A stretch of 64,000 bases of DNA, taken from positions 160,001 through 224,000 of the forward strand of contig OZ241869.1 of the NCBI GenBank assembly GCA_965202805.1. The letters are read 5' to 3'. The stretch's first letter is position 1. The number at the start of each line of letters is the position of its first letter. Position numbers and translations under genes: made by a program. This document shows, piece by piece, positions 38,653 through 48,871 of the stretch. The stretch is from Longimicrobiales bacterium (lineage in GTDB: Bacteria > Gemmatimonadota > Gemmatimonadetes > Longimicrobiales > Gaopeijiaceae). The notes beneath the pieces were generated by a model. The model was not told the DNA's origin. It ran no database searches and worked only from the letters and a program-made list of their open reading frames with translations.

Positions 38653-39690
38653 ATGAGACTCTTCGGAAACGCGCGATATCGCTTCATCGAAGCGCGCAGG
38701 AAGGCCTACGTCTTCTCGGCCGCGGTGCTCGCCATCGCGGTGGTGTCGATGGTGGCGAACATCGTGCGCATCGGCAGCTGGCAGAACTACGGCGTGGACT
38801 TCACCGGCGGTTCGCTGGTGCAGGTGCGCTTCGAGGAGGCGATGGAGGCGGCAGAGCTGCGAACCGCGCTGGGCGGCGCCGATGCCCCTCCCATCACCAG
38901 CATGGGCGACGAAGGAAACGAGTTCGTGATCCGCGCGCCGCTGGCCGAGGACCGCGAGGTCGAGGCGGTGGCGCAGGAGATCCGGGGTCAGATCCAGGGC
39001 GCCTTCCCGGGCCGTGACTTCGAGGTGATGCGCACCGAGCTGGTGGGCCCCAAGATCGGCGCGGAGCTGCAGCAGAAGGCGGCGCTCGCGATCCTGTTCT
39101 CGTTCGCGCTGACCCTCATCTATCTGGCCATCCGCTTCGAGTTCCGCTTCGGCGTGGCGGCCGTCATCGCGACCGTCCACGACAGCATCATCACCCTCGG
39201 TTTCCTGGCTCTCTTCCAGGTCGAGATCGCGCTTCCGACGGTGGCGGCCATCCTGACCATCATCGGGTATTCGCTGAACGACACCATCGTCGTATTCGAC
39301 CGGGTGCGCGAGAACCTGAACGCGAAGGGCGGTCGTCGGAAGGACCCGGTGGCACTCGTCAATCAATCGATCAACGAGACGCTGCCGAGAACGGTGCTCA
39401 CCTCCGGCACGACGCTCGGCGTGCTGCTGGCCCTGCTCATTTTCGGGGGCGCGGTGATCCGCGACTTCACCACCGTGTTGATCCTGGGGGTCCTGGTGGG
39501 GACCTACTCGTCGATCTTCGTCGCGTCGCCGGCGCTGCTCGAGATCCAGAAGCGCTGGGGTGCGAAGGATCTGGTCGAAGCCCAGCGCGCAGCCCCGGGG
39601 CGTCCCGCGCCCCGGAAGCCGTCGGGCCGGCCGAAGAAGAGGAAGAAGAGGGGCAGGAAGAGACGGCGGACCGCGGGCGCATCCGCCTGA
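38653..39690 (+). CDS. secF: Protein translocase subunit SecF
   Basis: GVDFTGG, VGPKIG, GYSLNDTIVVFDRVRE, GTYSSIFVA. Confidence 0.97.
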   Translation: MRLFGNARYRFIEARRKAYVFSAAVLAIAVVSMVANIVRIGSWQNYGVDFTGGSLVQVRFEEAMEAAELRTALGGADAPPITSMGDEGNEFVIRAPLAEDREVEAVAQEIRGQIQGAFPGRDFEVMRTELVGPKIGAELQQKAALAILFSFALTLIYLAIRFEFRFGVAAVIATVHDSIITLGFLALFQVEIALPTVAAILTIIGYSLNDTIVVFDRVRENLNAKGGRRKDPVALVNQSINETLPRTVLTSGTTLGVLLALLIFGGAVIRDFTTVLILGVLVGTYSSIFVASPALLEIQKRWGAKDLVEAQRAAPGRPAPRKPSGRPKKRKKRGRKRRRTAGASA

Positions 39691-39787
39691 CCCTGCCTGG
39701 CCGGGCCGCCTGATGTTTCCGGCCGCGAGATCCCGGGTTTCCCGTCGTGCCTGAGCCGTTGCCGGGTCCGCCGGGTCCACGACCGCC

Positions 39788-40597
39788 ATGCTGTTCGAAT
39801 CCCACTGCCACCTGACCGACCGGCGCTTCGACGCGGACCGGGCGGAGACCATCGAACGGGCGCACGCCGCCGGCGTGGGGGCGCTGATCTCCATCGCGTC
39901 GTCGTTGGCGGACGCCGAGCAGGTGGCGGCGCTCACCCGGGCGCATCGGGGCGTGTGGGGCACGGCGGGCGTCCATCCCCATGAGGCCGGACGGGCCGGG
40001 GAGAACGACGTGCAGCGGGTACGCGAACTGCTCGAGGCTGAGCCGCGCCTGGTCGCCGTCGGCGAGACCGGCCTCGACTACCACTACGACTTCGGTCCGC
40101 GCGACCGGCAGCGCGAGCTGTTCCGCGCCCATGCCCGCCTGGCCGCCGAGACCGGGCTCCCGCTGGTGGTGCACTCCCGTTCCGCGGACGACGACACTCG
40201 TGCGGTGATCGCGGAGTTCAGGGGCCTGGCGCGCGGCGTGCTCCACTGCTTCACCGGCGGGATGAGGTTGCTCGAGGAAGCGCTCGACGCCGGCTGGCAC
40301 ATCTCGTTCACGGGGCTCGTGACCTTCAGGAACTTCGACGGGCAGGAAGCGCTGCGGGCGGTGCCGCCCGACCGTCTCATGATCGAGACCGACTCGCCCT
40401 ATCTGGCGCCGGTGCCGCACCGGGGCCGGCGCAACGAGCCCGCATACGTGGCGCGCGTGCGGGACGGGGTGGCGGCCGTGCGCGGCGAGAGCGCGGAGGA
40501 GGTGGAGCGTTACACGGCCCGCAACGCCTTCCGCTTCTTCGGCCTCGAGGCGGAGGAGGCGGGGAGCTGCACCGGACCCTCGTCGGCCGCGCAGTGA
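39788..40597 (+). CDS. tatD: TatD family hydrolase
   Basis: SHCH, GVHPH, GETGLDY, VHSR, LHCF, ETDSPYLAP. Confidence 0.93.
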   Translation: MLFESHCHLTDRRFDADRAETIERAHAAGVGALISIASSLADAEQVAALTRAHRGVWGTAGVHPHEAGRAGENDVQRVRELLEAEPRLVAVGETGLDYHYDFGPRDRQRELFRAHARLAAETGLPLVVHSRSADDDTRAVIAEFRGLARGVLHCFTGGMRLLEEALDAGWHISFTGLVTFRNFDGQEALRAVPPDRLMIETDSPYLAPVPHRGRRNEPAYVARVRDGVAAVRGESAEEVERYTARNAFRFFGLEAEEAGSCTGPSSAAQ

Positions 40598-42444
40598 CCC
40601 CGCCCGCCCGCCCCATCCAGGTGCTGCCGGACTCGGTGGCCAACCAGATCGCCGCCGGCGAGGTGGTCGAGCGCCCGGCGTCGGTCGTAAAGGAGCTGGT
40701 GGAGAACGCCCTGGACGCCGGTGCCGCGCACATCCGGGTCGAGGTGGAGCGGGGCGGGAGGCAGCGCATCCGGGTGATCGACGACGGGGTCGGGATGGGG
40801 CGCCAGGATGCGATCATGTGCCTCGAGCGCCACGCCACCAGCAAGATCACGAACGCCCGGGAGCTGCGCGGGGTCGCGAGCTTCGGCTTCCGCGGGGAGG
40901 CACTGCCCTCGATCGCGGCCGTATCGCGCCTGACCCTCGAGACCTGCGACGAGTCGGGCGCGGGCACCCGCATTCGGGCGACCGGCGGGACGATTGTCAG
41001 CGTGGACGATCACGCGCGCGCCCGCGGAACCACCCTTGAGGCGGCGAACCTCTTCTTCAATGCACCCGCCCGGCGGAGCTTCCTCAAGAGCGCATCCACG
41101 GAGACCCGGGTGGTGGCCGCCGAGCTCACCTCGCTCGCCCTGGCCCACCCCGGGGTCGCGTTCACCCTGGCCTCCGATGGACGCGCGCTCATCGACCTGC
41201 CCGCCGACCCCGGCCCCGCCCGGCGGGTCGGCCGGCTGTGGGGCGCCGACGCCCGGACCTCCATGTTCTCGTTTGCGGGGGAGGGCAGGATCGGGCGGGT
41301 GAGCGGCCTCCTGCAACGCCCCGACCAGGCGCGTCCCGGCCCGCGCCGCACCTACCTCTTCGTGGCTGGCCGGCCGTTCCGGGACAAGGGCCTGAGGGAA
41401 GCCGTGCGCCGGGCCTACCGCACCACCATTCGCGAGGCCGAGCGTCCGTGGTTCTTCCTCTACCTCGACCTGCCCGGCGGCCAGGTCGATGTGAACGTGC
41501 ACCCCGCCAAGCTGGAGGTGCGCTTCCGCGACCGGACCGCGGTGGAGGGCTTCATCGAGGAAGAGGTCCGGCGTGCGCTCGCCGGGGAGGAGAGCGCCGC
41601 CACGCTGGACTCCGCGACTGCCGGGGACACGGGTGCGGCATCGAGGACCGGGGACCGTGCACCCGGATCGTTCCCCGGGCCGACCAATGGCGAAGGCGCA
41701 CCGGCCGACCGGGTGCGCGAGTCGGCGCAATACGCGCCCGGGACGGCGGGCCGGTCCTCCGATTCATCCTCCGATCCCGGCAAGGCGCAGATCGCGCTCT
41801 TCGCGAGTGGAGCGCCGGCGGCTGCCGATGCAGCCGTACCCGTCACGGCGGCCGAGGAAGTCCCCGTCGAACCGGCGCGCCTCTGGCAGCTGCACGGGAC
41901 CTACATCCTCGCCGAGGTGCGCGGGGGGATGATGATGATCGACCAGCACTCGGCCCACGAGCGCATCCTCTTCCAGGAGCTGATGGAAGCGTTCGGCAAG
42001 GGTGGACAGCCCGGCCAGCGGCTGCTCTTCCCGATCACGATGACGCTGCCGCCCGCCGAGTATCAGCACATCGAGCCGCTGTTCGGCATGCTCCGCCGGG
42101 CGGGCTTCGAAGTCGACGGTTTCGGGGGCAACGCGATCATCGTGCACGCGGTTCCCAACCCGCATCCGTACTTCGACGCCGAGCGCTGTCTGCGCGAGAT
42201 GATCGGCGAGCTGACCCACGGATCGGAGCTGTTGCGCGCCGCCCGCAACCAGCACGAGCGCATCGCCATGACCTTCGCCTGCAAGGGTGCCATCAAGGCG
42301 GGCCGGCAGTTGTCGCAGGAGGAGATGCGGGAGCTGATCGACCGCCTCTTCGCCACCGATCTCCCGCACCACGACGTGCACGGCCGTCCGACCGCCGTGC
42401 GCCTGTCCCTGTCGGAGCTGGAGCGCCGCTTTGGCCGCACCTGA
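40594..42444 (+). CDS. mutL: DNA mismatch repair protein MutL
   Basis: IAAGEVVERPASVVKELVEN, GFRGEAL, DVNVHPAK, DQHSAHER, HGRPT. Confidence 0.97.
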   Translation: MTPPARPIQVLPDSVANQIAAGEVVERPASVVKELVENALDAGAAHIRVEVERGGRQRIRVIDDGVGMGRQDAIMCLERHATSKITNARELRGVASFGFRGEALPSIAAVSRLTLETCDESGAGTRIRATGGTIVSVDDHARARGTTLEAANLFFNAPARRSFLKSASTETRVVAAELTSLALAHPGVAFTLASDGRALIDLPADPGPARRVGRLWGADARTSMFSFAGEGRIGRVSGLLQRPDQARPGPRRTYLFVAGRPFRDKGLREAVRRAYRTTIREAERPWFFLYLDLPGGQVDVNVHPAKLEVRFRDRTAVEGFIEEEVRRALAGEESAATLDSATAGDTGAASRTGDRAPGSFPGPTNGEGAPADRVRESAQYAPGTAGRSSDSSSDPGKAQIALFASGAPAAADAAVPVTAAEEVPVEPARLWQLHGTYILAEVRGGMMMIDQHSAHERILFQELMEAFGKGGQPGQRLLFPITMTLPPAEYQHIEPLFGMLRRAGFEVDGFGGNAIIVHAVPNPHPYFDAERCLREMIGELTHGSELLRAARNQHERIAMTFACKGAIKAGRQLSQEEMRELIDRLFATDLPHHDVHGRPTAVRLSLSELERRFGRT

Positions 42445-43492
42445 CTTCCTCGCCATCACGGGCGCCACCGCCACGGGCAAGACCGCGCTCTCGCTCGCGG
42501 TGGCCGAAGCGCTGGACGGCGAGGTCATCTCCATGGACTCGCGTCAGATCTACCGCAGCATGGATATCGGCACCGACAAGGTCGCCGCGGGCATCCGCGC
42601 CCGGGTCCCGCATCACGGCATCGACATCCGGGATCCGGACGAGTCCTACAGCGCCGGCGAGTTCGCTCGCGACGCCGCCCGCTGGATGAGCGGGATCCGG
42701 GCGCGCGGCCGTGTGCCGGTACTGGCGGGCGGCACCGGCTTCTTTCTGAAGGCGCTGGTGGAACCTCTGTTCGAGGAGCCGCCGCTGGATCCCGGACGGG
42801 TGGAGCGCCTGCGCCGGTATCTGGGGCAACGCGGGATGGAAGAGCTTGAGCGCTGGGTACGGGTCCTGGATCCGGAGCGAGCCCGCCTCGCGGTCGCGGG
42901 CGGGATGCAGCGCATCGAGCGCACCCTCGAAGTGACCCTGCTCACGGGCCGTCCGCTGTCCTGGTGGCACCAGACGGGGCAGAGGAAGGCTCCCGCCGCG
43001 GAGGCGATGGTCGTGGTGCTGGAGGTGCCGCGCGAGGAGCTCTACCGCCGCATCAACGCGCGGGTGGGCACCATGGCCGAGCGGGGACTGATCGAGGAGG
43101 TCCGCGTCCTCGCCGCTCGAGGCTACGGCCGGGGCGATCCCGGGATGACCGGCACCGGCTATCGCGAGATCCTCGAGTACCTGGAGGGACGCCTGAGCCT
43201 CGAGGACGCCCTGGACGCGACCCGGCGCGCCACCCGGCGCTACGCGCGCCGCCAGCTCACCTGGTTCCGCAACCAGCTGCCCCCCGATTCCATCAGGATC
43301 GACGGCATGCAGCCACCTGAAGCTCAGTGTGGCGAGGTGCTGGAAGCGTGGCGGGCGCGCGGCCGCGATGATGTGCCGCCGGACGAAGCGCACCGTGGGG
43401 TGTCAGGACGAGACGAGGCGCACGGTGGGGTGTCAGGACGAGACGAGGGCGGAAGCATGAAGATCGGGGTCGGGGAGCCGGCGGCCTCGTGA
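42431..43492 (+). CDS. miaA: tRNA dimethylallyltransferase
   Basis: GATATGKT, DSRQIYR, GGTGFF, YARRQLTWFR; C-terminal repeat extension. Confidence 0.95.
   Translation: MAAPDFLAITGATATGKTALSLAVAEALDGEVISMDSRQIYRSMDIGTDKVAAGIRARVPHHGIDIRDPDESYSAGEFARDAARWMSGIRARGRVPVLAGGTGFFLKALVEPLFEEPPLDPGRVERLRRYLGQRGMEELERWVRVLDPERARLAVAGGMQRIERTLEVTLLTGRPLSWWHQTGQRKAPAAEAMVVVLEVPREELYRRINARVGTMAERGLIEEVRVLAARGYGRGDPGMTGTGYREILEYLEGRLSLEDALDATRRATRRYARRQLTWFRNQLPPDSIRIDGMQPPEAQCGEVLEAWRARGRDDVPPDEAHRGVSGRDEAHGGVSGRDEGGSMKIGVGEPAAS
43382..43448 (+). repeat. 30-bp tandem repeat (~2.2 copies) in the miaA 3' end
   Basis: GACGA(A/G)GCGCAC(C/G)GTGGGGTGTCAGGACGA x2, encoding DEAH(R/G)GVSGR. Confidence 0.85.
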
Positions 43493-44307
43493 CCACCTGG
43501 GAAGCCCTGGTACTGGGCGTGGTTCAGGGTTTCACCGAATTCCTCCCGGTCTCGAGCTCCGGGCACCTGGTCGCAGGCCAGGCCTTGCTCGGGATCGAGC
43601 TTCCAGGCGTGGCATTCGAGGTTGCGGTCCACTTTGCGACGCTGGTGTCGGTGCTGGTCGCATACCGGAGGCGCGTGGGCGCGCTGATGCACGGATCGGT
43701 CCGGCTGGATCCCGGCACCTGGCGCTATCTCGGGCTGATCGCGCTCGCCAACGTCCCGGCGGCAGCGACCTACTTCGTCCTGGGGGATGTCGTGGAAGCG
43801 GCGTTCGAGACGCCGGCCGCGGCGGGCGTGGCTTTTCTGGTGACCGGCGGCGTGCTGTGGAGTGCGCGTGCGGCGGTGCGCCGGGGGGTGCCGCGGAAGG
43901 AGCCGGACGCGCCCGGGCCGTTTCCGGGCGTTCGCGGACCGGGCGTTGCGATGCTCATCGGGGTCGCCCAGGCGCTTGCCCTCTTCCCCGGCATCTCGCG
44001 CTCTGGCTCTACCGTGGTGACGGCGCTCTGGCTGGGCGTCGAGTCCGACGACGCGGCCGAGTTCTCCTTCCTGATGTCGGTGCCCGCCATCCTCGGAGCC
44101 ACCCTTCTCCAGCTCGTGGACGCCGGCACCGCGGCCTTCGTCCCCGGCGCGGCGCCGCTCGTCTTCGGGGCGGTGGCGGCCGCTGCGACGGGCCTGCTCG
44201 CGATCAGGATCTTCCTGACCGTGCTGCGCGCCCGCTCGTTCCACCGATTCGCCCTGTATCCGTGGATGCTGGGGCTGCTCTTCCTGGGGTACCTGTGGAT
44301 CGCGTAG
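43489..44307 (+). CDS. uppP: Undecaprenyl-diphosphatase
   Basis: GVVQGFTEFLPVSSSGHL, PGISRSGST, AEFSFLMSVP. Confidence 0.95.
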   Translation: MTTWEALVLGVVQGFTEFLPVSSSGHLVAGQALLGIELPGVAFEVAVHFATLVSVLVAYRRRVGALMHGSVRLDPGTWRYLGLIALANVPAAATYFVLGDVVEAAFETPAAAGVAFLVTGGVLWSARAAVRRGVPRKEPDAPGPFPGVRGPGVAMLIGVAQALALFPGISRSGSTVVTALWLGVESDDAAEFSFLMSVPAILGATLLQLVDAGTAAFVPGAAPLVFGAVAAAATGLLAIRIFLTVLRARSFHRFALYPWMLGLLFLGYLWIA

Positions 44308-44369
44308 GGGAGCGGTCGGGCGCGCAACCCGCCGCCGGCCGCTCGGCGTCACGCACGGACGACCGCGGC

Positions 44370-45233
44370 ATGCCGGTTGCGCACACCGGCGGCTCCGGCT
44401 CCCGGGGCTGGGAGGGCGAGCCGGTCGCCCGCTGGGCCGCGCGGTGGGGTGTTCCACTCCTCGAGGCGCACGCTCGCCTCGGCTCCACCAACGACCGTGC
44501 CCGCAGCCTCGCCCGCGCGGGCGCGCCCTCCTTCTCGGTGGTCATCGCGGACGAACAGACCCGCGGGCGGGGCAGGGAAGGGCGGCGGTGGCTTTCCCCG
44601 CCCGGCTGCGGGCTCTGGATGACCGTGGTGCTCGCCGGGCGCCCATCCGGGCATGCCACCGTCCCGCTCCTGACCGGCATCGCGGCCGCACGCGCCATCG
44701 AGGACGTCTGCCCGGATTTGCGGGCGGAGATCGAGTGGCCCAACGATCTTGTCGTCGCGGGGCGCAAGGTCGGCGGCATCCTGTGCGAATCCTGGGACGG
44801 CGGCGCCGGGAGCCGGGGCATGGCGATCGGAACGGGCATCAACATCTCGCAGCGGGCGGCGGACTTCCCGCCGGAACTCCGCGACCGCGCCGCGTCCCTG
44901 CTCGCAATGGGGGCACCCCCGGTGTCGAGGCCTGCCCTGGCAGGGGCGCTGCTCGCCCGGATGCGGGACTTGCTCATCCCGGGACCGGCCCCGCTGGAGG
45001 GCGCGCTGCACCGGGAACTGACCCGGCGCGACGCCCTCATGGACCGCGCCGTAGTGCTCGGGAGCGGCGCGACCGGAACGGCCCGCGGAATCAACTCCGA
45101 AGGCGCGCTCCTGTTCGAGGAACCCGGAGGCGGAATGCGCGAGATTCGTTCAGGCAGCGTCCGCCCGCTACCGTGTCCGCGATCCCATCCGGCCCCCGGC
45201 CGCCGGGAAGCGGCCCGTTCGTCCACGGCCTGA
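44370..45233 (+). CDS. birA: Biotin-[acetyl-CoA-carboxylase] ligase (no HTH)
   Basis: GSTND, QTRGRGREGRRW, WPNDL, KVGGILCE, GTGIN; start uncertain. Confidence 0.9.
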   Translation: MPVAHTGGSGSRGWEGEPVARWAARWGVPLLEAHARLGSTNDRARSLARAGAPSFSVVIADEQTRGRGREGRRWLSPPGCGLWMTVVLAGRPSGHATVPLLTGIAAARAIEDVCPDLRAEIEWPNDLVVAGRKVGGILCESWDGGAGSRGMAIGTGINISQRAADFPPELRDRAASLLAMGAPPVSRPALAGALLARMRDLLIPGPAPLEGALHRELTRRDALMDRAVVLGSGATGTARGINSEGALLFEEPGGGMREIRSGSVRPLPCPRSHPAPGRREAARSSTA

Positions 45234-45312
45234 CACCGACATCACCAACCCGGGAAGCACCGTTCTCCGCTCCCGGACGTGCATCGCCAGAAACCACCCG
45301 AGGAACCACGAC

Positions 45313-46104
45313 ATGCATCTGGTACTGGATGTGGGCAACACCGAAACCGTTCTCGCCCTCTTCGCCCCCGGGCAGGAAGGGGTCGCGGGTCGCTGGCGGG
45401 TGAGCACCCATGTGCCGCGCACCCCCGACGAGTATGTGCTGCTGCTCGGCGCGCTGCTCCGCTCGGCCGGACACGATCCCGACGCCCTCAGACGCGTGGT
45501 GCTGGGCTCGGTGGTTCCTTCCGCCTCCGATGTCCTGAGAGAAGCCGCGGCCCGGCTGGGCTCCGCGGAGCTCGTGGTCATCGACGCGTCGACTCCGCTG
45601 CCGATCGTCCTGGACGTGGAGGAACCGCGCACGGTGGGCGCCGACCGAATCGCCAATACCATGGCGGCCTCCCGCCTCTTCGGGTGCGACTGCATCGTCG
45701 TCGATCTGGGCACCGCCACTACCTACGACTGCATCACCGCCGACGGGCGCTTCCAGGGCGGCGTCATCGCCCCGGGGCTCATGTCCGGCAAGGAGTGGCT
45801 CGCGGCCCGGACCGCCAAGCTTCCGCCCGTCGAGTTCATCCCCCCGCGACAGGTCATCGGCAAACGAACCGAAACCTGCATCCACTCCGGCATCTTCTTC
45901 ACCACCATGGACGCAATCGCGGGGATGATCGAGCGGGTGCGAACGGAATGGGACGTTCCCGACCCCATGGTCGTGGGCACCGGCGGCTTCTCTCCCCTGG
46001 TCGCGGAGCACGTGCCCGCCTTCGACCACGTGGACCCGCTGCTGACGCTGATCGGGCTGGAGTTGGCAGGGGCGTACGTGGCGGAACATTCGGGGCAGCG
46101 CTGA
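45313..46104 (+). CDS. coaX: Type III pantothenate kinase
   Basis: LDVGNT, VGADR, VDLGTATT, GTGG, LTLIGL. Confidence 0.95.
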   Translation: MHLVLDVGNTETVLALFAPGQEGVAGRWRVSTHVPRTPDEYVLLLGALLRSAGHDPDALRRVVLGSVVPSASDVLREAAARLGSAELVVIDASTPLPIVLDVEEPRTVGADRIANTMAASRLFGCDCIVVDLGTATTYDCITADGRFQGGVIAPGLMSGKEWLAARTAKLPPVEFIPPRQVIGKRTETCIHSGIFFTTMDAIAGMIERVRTEWDVPDPMVVGTGGFSPLVAEHVPAFDHVDPLLTLIGLELAGAYVAEHSGQR

Positions 46105-46167
46105 ACGCACCGGGCATCCGTGTCGCTTCAAAAGCCATGGCGCGCACGTTCGAACTCCCTCCCGCCC

Positions 46168-46215
46168 CCCTCTTTTGTCCGCCACTATTATCATTTTCTG
46201 GCAAACAAAAGAGGG
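46168..46215. promoter_or_regulatory. 17-bp inverted repeat around an AT-rich core upstream of fic
   Basis: CCCTCTTTTGTCCGCCA-N14-TGGCAAACAAAAGAGGG (15/17 match); loop contains TATTATCAT. Confidence 0.6.
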
Positions 46216-46297
46216 TTTCGCAGGGAACGCAACTCAGCCCGCGAACCGGAGACGCCCAACACCGTCGCGACGCCCACCGCTGGAGGTGCTCGAACCC

Positions 46298-47425
46298 ATG
46301 TCCCCCGTCCACTACCGGAGCGAAGGCTTCCCGCCCGAAGGCCGCCTCGACTGGCGCCGACTGGCACCGCTGATCGGGCCGGCGGCGGCTGCCATCGCCA
46401 GATACGACTGCGTGCTCGCCCGGATCCCGAATCCGCGCGCACTGCTGGCCGGCCTCCACGTCCGCGAAGCCGTATGGTCGTCGCGCGTCGAAAACATCTT
46501 TACGAGCGTGACCGATGTGCTCGAGATGCGCGCCGGGCTGGTCCCGACGAACCCGTATGCCAGCGACGACGCTCACGAAGTCGTCTGCCATCTCGCGGCC
46601 GAGCGGCAGGTAAGGGAGATGGTCGACGAGCTGCCGCTCTCGCTTCGCGTCATCCGCAAGGCGCATGCCCTGCTCCTCGCAGGTGCCCGTGGCTGGAACA
46701 AATCCCCTGGTACGTTCCGACGCGCGCCCGTCTGGATCGGCGCACCGGGTTCGACTCAGGAGACCGCCACCTTCGTCCCGGCACCTGCGAGCCAGGTTCC
46801 CGACGCGATGAGCGCGTGGGAGCGCTACATCCACGCCGACGCCCGCGACAGGCTCGTCCAGATCGCCGTCCAGCACGCCGAGTTCGAGGCGATCCATCCC
46901 TTCCTGGATGGCAATGGGCGGATGGGGCGCATGCTGATCCCCGTTCTCATGCACCAATACGGCCTCATCAGCACTCCGGTCTTCGGACTGAGCGTCCGCA
47001 TCGCCGCGCGCCGCAGCTTCTACTACGACGGGCTCCTCGGCGTCTCCCGCGACGATGACTGGACGGGTTGGTGCCTGTATGCGCTCGACGCGATGCGGAA
47101 TCAGGCGCGGGAGGGGGTGACGGTCGTCGAGGCGATCCTGGCTTTGAGGACCGAGGTAGAGGCTGCGCTGACGAACCGGGCCCGCGCCCACCATCTCGCG
47201 CCGGCATTGGACCGGCTCTTCGCGTACCCCGTCTTCCGGGTCAGCGACTTCGTGTCCGTCGGCGATATCCCGCCGCGCACCGCACGCCGGCTGCTGTGGC
47301 AGCTGCGCTACGCGGGGGTGCTGGAGGAGGCCGCCCCCGCCAGCGGCAGTCGTTCCGCCGTGCTCGGATTCCCGCGGCTGCTCGAGATTCTGGAGGCCGG
47401 TGAACAATTCCCGACCGCGCGATAG
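46298..47425 (+). CDS. Fic family protein (class II, C-terminal HTH-like)
   Basis: HPFLDGNGRMGR; N-terminal inhibitory SSRVEN motif; GGAGG RBS. Confidence 0.92.
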   Translation: MSPVHYRSEGFPPEGRLDWRRLAPLIGPAAAAIARYDCVLARIPNPRALLAGLHVREAVWSSRVENIFTSVTDVLEMRAGLVPTNPYASDDAHEVVCHLAAERQVREMVDELPLSLRVIRKAHALLLAGARGWNKSPGTFRRAPVWIGAPGSTQETATFVPAPASQVPDAMSAWERYIHADARDRLVQIAVQHAEFEAIHPFLDGNGRMGRMLIPVLMHQYGLISTPVFGLSVRIAARRSFYYDGLLGVSRDDDWTGWCLYALDAMRNQAREGVTVVEAILALRTEVEAALTNRARAHHLAPALDRLFAYPVFRVSDFVSVGDIPPRTARRLLWQLRYAGVLEEAAPASGSRSAVLGFPRLLEILEAGEQFPTAR

Positions 47426-47560
47426 CGCCGGCTGTCGCATGATCCTCGGGATCTTCGAGCCCAGCCGGCAGCCGGAGCCGCACCAGGGCCGACTTGCGGG
47501 GTAATGCCCATGGAGCGTGACCTGTTACCCCAAGCCAACTCTTGACCAGGGGAGAGGGCC

Positions 47561-48766
47561 ATGAGGAGACCTGAGCCGTGGCGGGCCGGACCCGCCTGCA
47601 CCGTAGCGGTGCCCATTGTGGCGTTGGTTGTGACTTTCGCCTGTGGCGGCGATGACGAGACGGTGCCCACCGAGCCTCCGGAGCCGCCCGTCGCCACAAA
47701 CATCAGCATTTCGCCGGCTTCCGCGGACTTCTCGTCGTTCGGCGAGACGCTCCAGCTGACCGCGGCGGTTCTCGACCAGAACGGCCAGTCGATGGCGGGC
47801 GCGTCCGTCGGCTGGGCCATCAGCGACAATTCGGTCGCGACCGTGAGCGGAAACGGACTGGTCACCGCCGTCCGGAACGGAAGCACCACCGTCACGGCCA
47901 CATCGGGCTCCGCGGCCGGGACCGCCTCCGTCACCGTCGCCCAGCGGACCGCCCGCGTGGACGTATCCCCGGATGCCCACACCCTCTCCGCCATCGGCGA
48001 CTCCGTTCAGCTCGCCGCCGCGCCCTTCGACGCCAACGACAATGCCGTCGAAGACGCAACCATCACGTGGTCCTCGGAAGACGACGCCGTCGCGACCGTC
48101 GACGACAACGGCCTGGTCACCGCGGCCGGAAACGGCACTGCGAACATCACCGCTCAAGCGGACGCAGCCGCCGGCGCCGCGGCGGTCACGGTCTCGCAGG
48201 TGATCGTCGAGATGGACGTGGTGCCGTCCGCGACGACGCTCTTCTCGCTGGGCGATACCCTCCGGCTGGTTGCGACCGGTGTCGACGCCAACGGCCACCA
48301 CGGCTCGGCCCTGGCGGTCACCTGGATGTCCGAACACGCCGCCGTCGCGACCGTCGATTCGACGGGACTGGTCACGGCCGTGCGTACCGGCAGCACGGAC
48401 GTGTTCGCGACCACCGGCGAACTGCGCGATTCCGCGGGCGTGACGGTCGCGCAGCTTGCAACGGAGGTGCGCGTGACCCCGGCAGTCGACACCCTCGTGG
48501 TCGGCGGCACCGTGCGCCTGAGCGCCGTCGCCCTCGACGCGAACGGACACGAGGTCGAGGACACCGACTACGTCTGGTCCACGCTCAGCTCGTCGGTGGT
48601 GACGGTCGACGACAGCGGCCTGGTCACCGCCGCCGGGCCGGGAACGGGAGCGATCCAGGTCAAGGCGACGCGCGCCGGTGCGAACTACGTCGGCACGGCC
48701 ACGATTACGGTGCTTGCATCAGCGGGCGCGGGACGTGCCGCCGCCCCGGGAAGCCGTGACCCTTGA
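47561..48766 (+). CDS. Lipoprotein with four Big_2 Ig-like repeats
   Basis: Lipobox TFAC; four VATVxxxGLVTA-type repeats. Confidence 0.88.
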   Translation: MRRPEPWRAGPACTVAVPIVALVVTFACGGDDETVPTEPPEPPVATNISISPASADFSSFGETLQLTAAVLDQNGQSMAGASVGWAISDNSVATVSGNGLVTAVRNGSTTVTATSGSAAGTASVTVAQRTARVDVSPDAHTLSAIGDSVQLAAAPFDANDNAVEDATITWSSEDDAVATVDDNGLVTAAGNGTANITAQADAAAGAAAVTVSQVIVEMDVVPSATTLFSLGDTLRLVATGVDANGHHGSALAVTWMSEHAAVATVDSTGLVTAVRTGSTDVFATTGELRDSAGVTVAQLATEVRVTPAVDTLVVGGTVRLSAVALDANGHEVEDTDYVWSTLSSSVVTVDDSGLVTAAGPGTGAIQVKATRAGANYVGTATITVLASAGAGRAAAPGSRDP

Positions 48767-48871
48767 CAAGGCCGTCCGCGGGGACAAGCCCTTAGCGATG
48801 GCCATCATGATACAAGTCAACATACAGGACGTGATGTCCCGGCCGGCGTGCCCGGGGCTGCCGGCTTCCCG

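Noticed and set aside
37430..39690. Complementary acidic SecD insertion and poly-basic SecF tail
   Set aside because: Predicted to lie on opposite sides of the membrane; probably unrelated low-complexity segments
47490..47535. Shared GTGAC...TGTTACC motif upstream of both Ig-domain lipoprotein genes (also ~34626-34642)
   Set aside because: Short and inconsistently spaced; could be chance
47820..48640. DNA repeats in the Big_2 gene and TGGTCGCCGGACGG repeats in the PD40 genes
   Set aside because: Explained by protein domain repeats
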